From: a virus
Taxonomy: Duplodnaviria; Caudoviricetes
DNA: 64,000 bases
IMG/VR virus record: IMGVR_UViG_3300033075_001228
Direction: 5' to 3' (one strand)
Part shown: one piece after another, positions 57,726 to 64,000 of the stretch
Numbering within the stretch: the first letter of the stretch is position 1
Layout: the number at the start of each line of letters is the position of its first letter
The notes under the pieces: model-generated
The model's database searches: none
What the model saw: only the letters and a program-made list of their open reading frames with translations
Told to the model about the DNA's origin: nothing
Translations under genes and position numbers: made by a program

Positions 57726-58817
57726 ATGCTTCTTCGTCAAGTCAAAGGTTGCATCTGGCTGTATCAGTGCGACTGGTGTCAGAAAGAATTTCAGGCGCCG
57801 ATCAGCAAGTCTCGTGCAAAGACACATGGATGCTCTCGATCGTGTGGGTCGAGAGCATCTCGTATAACAGTCAAGACGAATCTTCTTGCGAATCACGGCG
57901 TCGAGAACGTAAGTCAATTGCAAGAAGTTCGTGAGAAGGTCAAACAGACGTGTCTTGAACGTTACGGTGTAGAATGCTCGTGGCAGAACGACGAAGTCAA
58001 AGCACGCATCAAGCAGACGATGTTAGAAAGACATGGAGCTGAGTCTCCACTGAACGTGCCAGAGATTCGAGCACGTATCGAAAAAGCAAATGTGGAGAAG
58101 TACGGTAACAGACATGTGTGGAGCAACGAAAGCGTTCGAGAAAAGTCAAAACAGACGATGGCTGAACGTTACGGTGCAGATAACCCACAGAAGTCATCAG
58201 AGATCAAAAAGCGAACACGAGCGACTTGCGTGGAACGCTATGGCGTTGTGAATCCTCAGCAAGTTGTTGCGATCAAAAATCGTACTCAAGAAACGTGCCT
58301 GAAACGTTATGGCCATTGTTGTGCGATGATTTCAGAACATGGAAAAGAAAAAGCACGTCAAACATCACTTCGAAATTGGGGAACTAAACATCCGATGCAA
58401 TCGGCTGAAGTTCAACAACGAGCGATCCAATCTTGCCTGATCAAGGGAAAAGGATTCGTGTCGAAGGTTGAACTCAGGTGTTTGGTTATCCTACGAGAGT
58501 TGTTCACGGACGTTCAACATCAGATTCACGTTAATGGATGGTTACTGGACTTCTACGTTCCCTCTATTGACACGTATGTTCAATTCGATGGTGTCTATTG
58601 GCATGGTCATCACCTCACCGAAGAACAGGTTCAGAACCCACAATCAAAACGCCAGAGAGACATCGTCAAGAAGCGTCAACGTGACAACGAGCAGGTTACT
58701 TGGTTCAAAGACAATGGTAAGCGTCTTGTCAGGTTGACTGACGAACAGTTTAAGCGTTGGGAAATCGATGGAAAGACTCGAGAACGCATCTTTTCATTGA
58801 TTACTGGCACATCCTAA
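57726..58817 (+). mobile_element. Free-standing endonuclease (repeats + PD-(D/E)XK/Vsr-like domain), probable homing endonuclease
   Basis: About seven '(K)QT(C/M)LERYG' repeats; C-terminal 'SKVE...LDFYVP...QFDGVYWHG'. Confidence 0.7.
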
Positions 58818-58818
58818 G

Positions 58819-58881
58819 CGTATTTGCAAGTTCTCTTCTGGTGTCCTGACTCATCGCTGTGTCGCGCCAGGTGCTTTCTAG
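58819..58881 (+). pseudogene. Degenerate duplicate of the PNK 3' end
   Basis: Encodes RICKFSSGVLTHRCVAPGAF* versus VCKLWREIGLTCFQVNYGAF*; shares TTTGCAAGTT and GGTGCTTTCTAGA. Confidence 0.7.
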
Positions 58882-58941
58882 ATCAATGATCTGTTTGTGA
58901 TTGAAGTGAATGAAAGCAATTCACAGAAAGGATGGATGTCA

Positions 58942-59181
58942 ATGAAGATCCGTGTGACGTTGAAAGATCCGGACGGTTTCTCACAGGGCGTCGATTACGC
59001 AATCGAGAAGTCAGTCAAGGCGGAATTTCCGTCGGTTGACGACGACGAAAACGAAGCGATCTGCGAAGAACGTGTGGAAGAGGTGTGGAAGGCGCTCAAG
59101 AAGTTCGTTGAGTATAAACAGTACGTCACGATCGAGTTTGACACTGAAAAGGGCACTGCTGAGGTGGTGAAGAGAGCATGA
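58942..59181 (+). CDS. Hypothetical protein
   Basis: 'MKIRVTLKDPD...YVTIEFDTE'; start uncertain (58897-58942). Confidence 0.6.
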   Translation: MKIRVTLKDPDGFSQGVDYAIEKSVKAEFPSVDDDENEAICEERVEEVWKALKKFVEYKQYVTIEFDTEKGTAEVVKRA

Positions 59182-59747
59182 AGCGAAAGAGAGTCTTGTT
59201 GGACTGTGACGGAGTGCTTGCTGACTTTTGTGCCGCGAGCTTTGCCCTGATCGAACAGCACACTGGAGACCGACACCTCCCTGAGGAGGTCACTCAATGG
59301 GACCTGTTTGTCGCCGTCGGCAAGCCGCACCTCAAGCCGCTCATGAAGGAAACAGCGGCTAAGTCTGGCTGGTGCCTTGGCTTTCCGATATACCCTGGTG
59401 CTCAGGATTTCGTCGCTAAGCTACAGGAGACGTGTGATGTTGTCATCGTCACCTCACCAATGACGACTCCCTACTGGGCATACGAGCGGACGATCTGGCT
59501 CGAGCAGCACTTTAGCATCCCGAAGGGTCGCATCGTGCACACGGAGGGAAAGCAGTACGTCAAAGGCGACGTATTGATTGATGATGCTGACGAGAACTGC
59601 TTCAAGTGGCACAAGGAGTTTCCTGAAGCGCTGACGCTGCTGTGGGATGCGCCCTACAATCGTCAGGTCGATCTGGCGGGCACTGGCATCGTCCGTGTCA
59701 AGTCGTGGTCTGATGCGATGGCTAATATCGAGGAACGCAATGCATGA
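59178..59747 (+). CDS. 5'(3')-deoxyribonucleotidase (HAD, NT5C-like)
   Basis: 'LLDCDGVLADF', 'VTSP', 'WL..HF', 'K..V.GDVLIDD', 'APYN'. Confidence 0.88.
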   Translation: MKRKRVLLDCDGVLADFCAASFALIEQHTGDRHLPEEVTQWDLFVAVGKPHLKPLMKETAAKSGWCLGFPIYPGAQDFVAKLQETCDVVIVTSPMTTPYWAYERTIWLEQHFSIPKGRIVHTEGKQYVKGDVLIDDADENCFKWHKEFPEALTLLWDAPYNRQVDLAGTGIVRVKSWSDAMANIEERNA

Positions 59748-60063
59748 CGGCAAGTACATGGACGACTACAGCTACCATGATTGGTCGAAGTTCATGGTGA
59801 GGCATCCTAAGGACAAGCCCAACGGCCCTCACTTCGGTGCAGTGTTGTTCGACACGCGTACCGAATGGACGCCCGCCTACGACAAGAACCATCCTGATAC
59901 GTGTGTGACCCTTAGCGAAATCCACTACTTTGCGTTTCCTGACAAGGAAACGCTGGTAGAGTGGATCAAGAGGGCATCGAAGGAAAAGAAGCAGTTTTTC
60001 TTTTTCGAGGTCAAGAAGGTCGGCGACCTTGAGGTCAAGGTCAGCGTAAACCTCGACGTGTGA
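59740..60063 (+). CDS. Hypothetical protein
   Basis: 3' part of ORF 59647..60063; GAGGA RBS before ATG 59740. Confidence 0.55.
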   Translation: MHDGKYMDDYSYHDWSKFMVRHPKDKPNGPHFGAVLFDTRTEWTPAYDKNHPDTCVTLSEIHYFAFPDKETLVEWIKRASKEKKQFFFFEVKKVGDLEVKVSVNLDV

Positions 60064-60074
60064 TCGCCAACGTT

Positions 60075-60108
60075 CAACGTGTTGAACTGATTTTGTTCAA
60101 CACGTTGG
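60075..60108. terminator. Inverted repeat / hairpin
   Basis: CAACGTGTTGAAC...GTTCAACACGTTG. Confidence 0.5.
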
Positions 60109-60141
60109 TGCTTAAAGCAGTCGTTTCGCCTACCTATCGAC

Positions 60142-61527
60142 GTGGCAACGATTGATCGTCGAGGCATTGTCGATGATGGGACACCAAACCTTACCGTCGC
60201 TGGCAGCATCAGGGCGGGGCTTGTTGAGGCGTCCCCAGCTGTCAACACGTTCACGTTGGTGGTGACAGTTTCTTTAAACAACGAAGTGCAGGTCATCCCT
60301 GCCAGCTCTGGTGCTGTCATCTTGCGCCTGGCACAAAGTGGACACGTTGACGGTTCGCACCTACGAATCGTTTGTCCTGCTGGAAATGCGACAAGCATGG
60401 TTCTGCCTCCTGACCTGCAGGTGACAGGCGATGTGTTTGATCCGGCGAGCGACTGGATACTTGACGTTGAGTGTGACTCGTATGGGCTGTTGACGCCAGC
60501 TTTCAAGGCCGTTGCATGGTCGATCCCGGCCCGCGATAGAACTGCACCGACAATCACGTCAGCGTCCATAGGCGCCAGCACGCCAAACCAGCTTTCAGTC
60601 TCCTTCTCTGAGCCGGTCTACGTTGCGTCTGTCGCTGGGCTGACACTGAACGGTACAACGCCGACAATCTCAAGCATCTATAGCGGCAACGGAACGTCGA
60701 CGGTCATCTTTAGCCTGTCAGGAAACGTGTCTGGTTCAGACGTGATCACGCTTGTCTATTCAAGCGCAAACACAGTTGAGGACCTGTCAAAAAACGCGTT
60801 GGCTGCGTCATCGATATTGGTGACAAACAACGTTTCTACGTTTACAGGTTTGATCGCTCGTTATAGGCTGGACGCCGTGACGCTTAGCGGTTCTAGCGTC
60901 ACGGAGATCGCTGATTCATCTGGTAACAATAACACGTTGGTGTTTGCGAGCACAAAGCAGCCAATCCTCACGTCCTCAAACGCATCTGTCAACAACCAAC
61001 CAACGTGCAAGTTTGACGGCGTTAATGACGTTGGTCAGTGTTCAACGGTGCTTGTCACTGGATCCAACCCGCCTGATTACACCGGCCTGACGATCGCCAT
61101 GATCGCCAAACTTAACTCTGCGGCTTCTGCATACCTTGTTAACTTGACAGATGCTACAGGCGCCAACTTCACGTCTTTTGACCTGTTTATTGACGCTCCA
61201 AGCACGCTTTACTGGGCAGCAGGCGGCAACGGAAACATGGCGACCAAGGCATCGCCTACCACAAACGCATTCATGTCGTTCATCTGCGTGCTTACGTCTT
61301 CAAACGCAGGAACCGAGATCTTCATCAACGGTTCGTCTGTCGGCGCTAACGTCGCTGCTCACAACCCAGCAGCGATCCGTAAGCTTTCGATCGGTGGGTC
61401 TTACGCGTTGTTGGGCGGCTACTTTTCTCAGATGGACCTTGCAGAGGTCTTGGTTGCAGACCACCAATGGTCTGCTGCTGAACGATCAAACTGGGCATCC
61501 TACATTAACACTCGGTATGGCCTGTGA
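60142..61527 (+). CDS. Virion-like protein with Ig-like central domain and LamG/concanavalin-like C-terminus
   Basis: 'DRTAPTITSA...FSEPV...DLSKN' Ig-like segment; 'FDGVND...IFING...Y...YGL' LamG-like segment. Confidence 0.6.
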   Translation: MATIDRRGIVDDGTPNLTVAGSIRAGLVEASPAVNTFTLVVTVSLNNEVQVIPASSGAVILRLAQSGHVDGSHLRIVCPAGNATSMVLPPDLQVTGDVFDPASDWILDVECDSYGLLTPAFKAVAWSIPARDRTAPTITSASIGASTPNQLSVSFSEPVYVASVAGLTLNGTTPTISSIYSGNGTSTVIFSLSGNVSGSDVITLVYSSANTVEDLSKNALAASSILVTNNVSTFTGLIARYRLDAVTLSGSSVTEIADSSGNNNTLVFASTKQPILTSSNASVNNQPTCKFDGVNDVGQCSTVLVTGSNPPDYTGLTIAMIAKLNSAASAYLVNLTDATGANFTSFDLFIDAPSTLYWAAGGNGNMATKASPTTNAFMSFICVLTSSNAGTEIFINGSSVGANVAAHNPAAIRKLSIGGSYALLGGYFSQMDLAEVLVADHQWSAAERSNWASYINTRYGL

Positions 61528-62678
61528 GAGCAAAAAACCTGCAACTACACGGCATTAAAGGTCGCCGCATAGATGCGTACCAAGAAGGAACTACGTCCTA
61601 CGCGTCAACGTTTGATTCTGCGTTAACAACGCTAAAAGTAAAGTACTGCTACAACGACGGTTTCCAACGCGTCGTTCCGTTGCTGATGCTTCACGGCTTT
61701 GCAGAAAGCTCAACCGCTTTAATAACCTATGACTACAGGCCTTTAGCGGACAAAGGTTTTCTTGTCCTGATGCCAGACATGCGTGGCCGTAACGGAAGCT
61801 CTGGCACGCAGGACGCTTCTGGGAGAGAGATCCTGGACATTTATGATGCGTTGCTGTGGGCACGTTCTGGAAGCCTTGGACCGGACGTTGACCCTGAAAG
61901 GGCTGTGATTGTCGGCTTCTCTGGCGGCGGCGGAAACGTACACGCGACAGCTGTCAAGCTGCCTGACATATTCTCGTTTAGGGTCTCGTACTTTGGGATC
62001 TCAGACTACGGAGAGTCTGAGTCGACTAGCTGGTACATTCAGGCGCCTGGACAGGACGCAACGCTTGACAGCTGGGTCGGCTCTCCACGGGCCAGCGTCA
62101 TGGAATACTACAAGTCACGTAACGCAGCAAGGTTGGCTGCGGCTTGGATGGCGCTTGAGCCGAGCATACGCAACCGTTACAGGTTATACCACGACTATGA
62201 CGATGGAACTGTCAGCAGGACACATTCTGTGAACGTTAGCAACGCATTGACGACCGCAATTGTGCCACACACGTTCTCTGAGAGCACGTCGTTAGACGTT
62301 AGGCGTTACCAACACGGCTACCCACACGACAGAATACCAGATCTTTTAGATTCGTTTTCTGACTGGATGATAAGCAGCATTAACGCCGTACATTGGTCGG
62401 TACCTGCGAAGTGGAGCGGAACTGGGTTGAAAGTCGGCGGCTTTGTGATCACCCGTAGGTTTGAGATCTGGACTGGTCCGACAGCGAGCCCAACCCCCAA
62501 GGCCGACACTACACACGGCGGCAAGGAGGTTGTGTGTGAGCTGCTCTCGTATGACGTTAACACCGGTGTCTACAGCGTTCGTCCGCACACAACGTGCTAT
62601 GTTCAAATAATCCAAGGCTCGCGCTCTGTGATCCAACAGGTCACTGAAAATACGATAGCAAACTTAACTGTGGCGTAG
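61524..62678 (+). CDS. Alpha/beta-hydrolase (esterase / S9 peptidase-like)
   Basis: 'LHGF', 'PDMRGR', nucleophile elbow 'GFSGGG', 'HDYDD..V', downstream His. Confidence 0.75.
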   Translation: MRAKNLQLHGIKGRRIDAYQEGTTSYASTFDSALTTLKVKYCYNDGFQRVVPLLMLHGFAESSTALITYDYRPLADKGFLVLMPDMRGRNGSSGTQDASGREILDIYDALLWARSGSLGPDVDPERAVIVGFSGGGGNVHATAVKLPDIFSFRVSYFGISDYGESESTSWYIQAPGQDATLDSWVGSPRASVMEYYKSRNAARLAAAWMALEPSIRNRYRLYHDYDDGTVSRTHSVNVSNALTTAIVPHTFSESTSLDVRRYQHGYPHDRIPDLLDSFSDWMISSINAVHWSVPAKWSGTGLKVGGFVITRRFEIWTGPTASPTPKADTTHGGKEVVCELLSYDVNTGVYSVRPHTTCYVQIIQGSRSVIQQVTENTIANLTVA

Positions 62679-62717
62679 TGTAACAACGCGCGCCGTCGTT
62701 GTAAGATGACCTTTACC

Positions 62718-63518
62718 ATGGAACACCAGATTCGGAAATACCCTAGGACGCGCCACGTTAGGGGCTCTCGACTTCAACATGGCGACCATGATCTGGAGGC
62801 TGTGCCGTGGTCTGAGCTTGAAGGCAAGAACCTCGTCGTTGAAGAAAAGATGGATGGAGCTAACTGCGGCATCAGCTTTTCAGAAGACGGAAGGCTTCTT
62901 CTCCAGTCAAGGGGCCACTACCTTCGTGGAGGGCCACGAGAAAAACAATTCAACCTGTTTAAGCAGTGGGCATCATCGCGTCAGGAAGAATTTTTCTGTG
63001 CCCTTGGTTCAAGGTACGTCATGTATGGCGAATGGCTCTTTGCCAAGCATACGTTTTTCTACGATGCATTACCTCACTATTTCATGGAGTTTGACATCTT
63101 AGACACCCAAGAAGGGAGTTTTCTAGACACACACAGGCGTGCTGCGTTGCTGGCTGCCGCAGATGTCAATGTCACCCCAGTCAAGGTCCTTTATGAAGGA
63201 ACTGTTGCCTCTGTCGATGCCTTGGCAAAGATGGTCACAAGGTCACACTTCATCACCGACGATCGTGTCATCAACTTTAGCAACGCAGCCAGGATGTCTG
63301 GTGTCGCCGCGGCGGATGGATGGCGTCACACGGATCCTTCGACTGACATGGAAGGCCTCTACGTCAAGTGGGAAGAGGACGGAGTTGTCAAAGGTCGCTA
63401 CAAATACGTTAGGGACTCGTTCACAAGCTCCATCCTAGATCAGGACGAACACTGGGTGGACAGGCCAATCATCCAAAACCAGCTTATGCCTGGCGCGTTT
63501 GAAAAAATGTTTTTGTGA
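62718..63518 (+). CDS. ATP-dependent RNA ligase family protein
   Basis: 'KYPRT.H', motif I 'EEKMDGAN', 'YGEW', 'EFD', 'EGL', 'KYVR'; start 62706 or 62718. Confidence 0.85.
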   Translation: MEHQIRKYPRTRHVRGSRLQHGDHDLEAVPWSELEGKNLVVEEKMDGANCGISFSEDGRLLLQSRGHYLRGGPREKQFNLFKQWASSRQEEFFCALGSRYVMYGEWLFAKHTFFYDALPHYFMEFDILDTQEGSFLDTHRRAALLAAADVNVTPVKVLYEGTVASVDALAKMVTRSHFITDDRVINFSNAARMSGVAAADGWRHTDPSTDMEGLYVKWEEDGVVKGRYKYVRDSFTSSILDQDEHWVDRPIIQNQLMPGAFEKMFL

Positions 63519-63559
63519 CGTACGTGTAAAATATTGCCCTATTGATGTATAGTAAGGTG

Positions 63560-64000
63560 ATGAGCAAGTATGCATGGGCCACTGACATCCACCTTGACCA
63601 CATCGATGACGAAGGTCGTTTGGTTAGGTTTGCGGAGTCCCTTGTGGCGTCTGACCCGACTGGCGTATTGATCACAGGCGACATATCGAACTCTAAAACG
63701 TTGGTGTACCACCTGTCATTGCTGGAGCGGGTCGTCCAACGCCCTGTCTATTTTGTGCTCGGCAACCATGACTACTGGGACGGTGAGATAGAGCCTGTTC
63801 GCAAGTCGATGCAGGAGCTAACAAACATGTCACAGTTTTTGAAATACATGCCAATGAGTCCGTACGTTGTGCTGACCCCGGGCACTGCGTTGGTGGGGCA
63901 CGATTGCTGGTATGACGCCCAGTGTGGTGATCCATTGAACTCTCGGTTCATGATGAACGATTGGTCGATGACAAAAGATTTCATCCAACACTCTGGCGGC
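63560..64000 (+). CDS. Calcineurin-like metallophosphoesterase, 3'-truncated by the window edge
   Basis: Read from sequence: MSKYAWATDIHLDH...ITGDIS...VLGNHDY. Confidence 0.85.
   Translation, partial: MSKYAWATDIHLDHIDDEGRLVRFAESLVASDPTGVLITGDISNSKTLVYHLSLLERVVQRPVYFVLGNHDYWDGEIEPVRKSMQELTNMSQFLKYMPMSPYVVLTPGTALVGHDCWYDAQCGDPLNSRFMMNDWSMTKDFIQHSGG

Noticed and set aside
1-64000. Stop-codon reassignment, as in some large phages
   Set aside because: Long conserved genes are uninterrupted in the standard code and end in TAA, TAG and TGA.

Overview
This window is a 64-kb segment of a large contractile-tailed (myovirus/jumbo-like) bacteriophage genome. It uses the standard genetic code and almost every gene is on the + strand. 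About 1-35 kb is virion morphogenesis: tail-fibre-like proteins, neck and terminator proteins, two tandem ~1000-aa tail sheath paralogues, tail tube, assembly chaperone, tape measure and baseplate. About 35-52 kb is replication and nucleotide metabolism: a minimal PolA-like polymerase, HD protein, SSB, RecA, dUTPase, 5'-3' exonuclease, DnaB, a class II RNR with an HNH intein, ThyX, dTMP kinase and an MT-A70 methylase. About 52-64 kb is an accessory region rich in RNA end-healing and repair enzymes. The most striking element is a ~500-nt structured non-coding region (55320-55825) directly downstream of a 243-aa hypothetical gene. It holds two tandem circularly permuted tRNA-like domains (T arm + acceptor 3' strand + NCCA first, acceptor 5' strand + D arm second, no anticodon loop). 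This is YrlA/Y-RNA-like in topology, but no Ro60 gene is present in the window. Also notable: about 12 otherwise unrelated small proteins sharing an N-terminal 'MKLT..QL..LI.E' helix (candidate capsid-targeting signal); three free-standing homing endonucleases each flanked by a duplicated host-gene terminus; a candidate +1 frameshift in the tail chaperone; and two promoter classes that appear to give leaderless mRNAs. Product calls come from recognising motifs by eye; no database searches were run.
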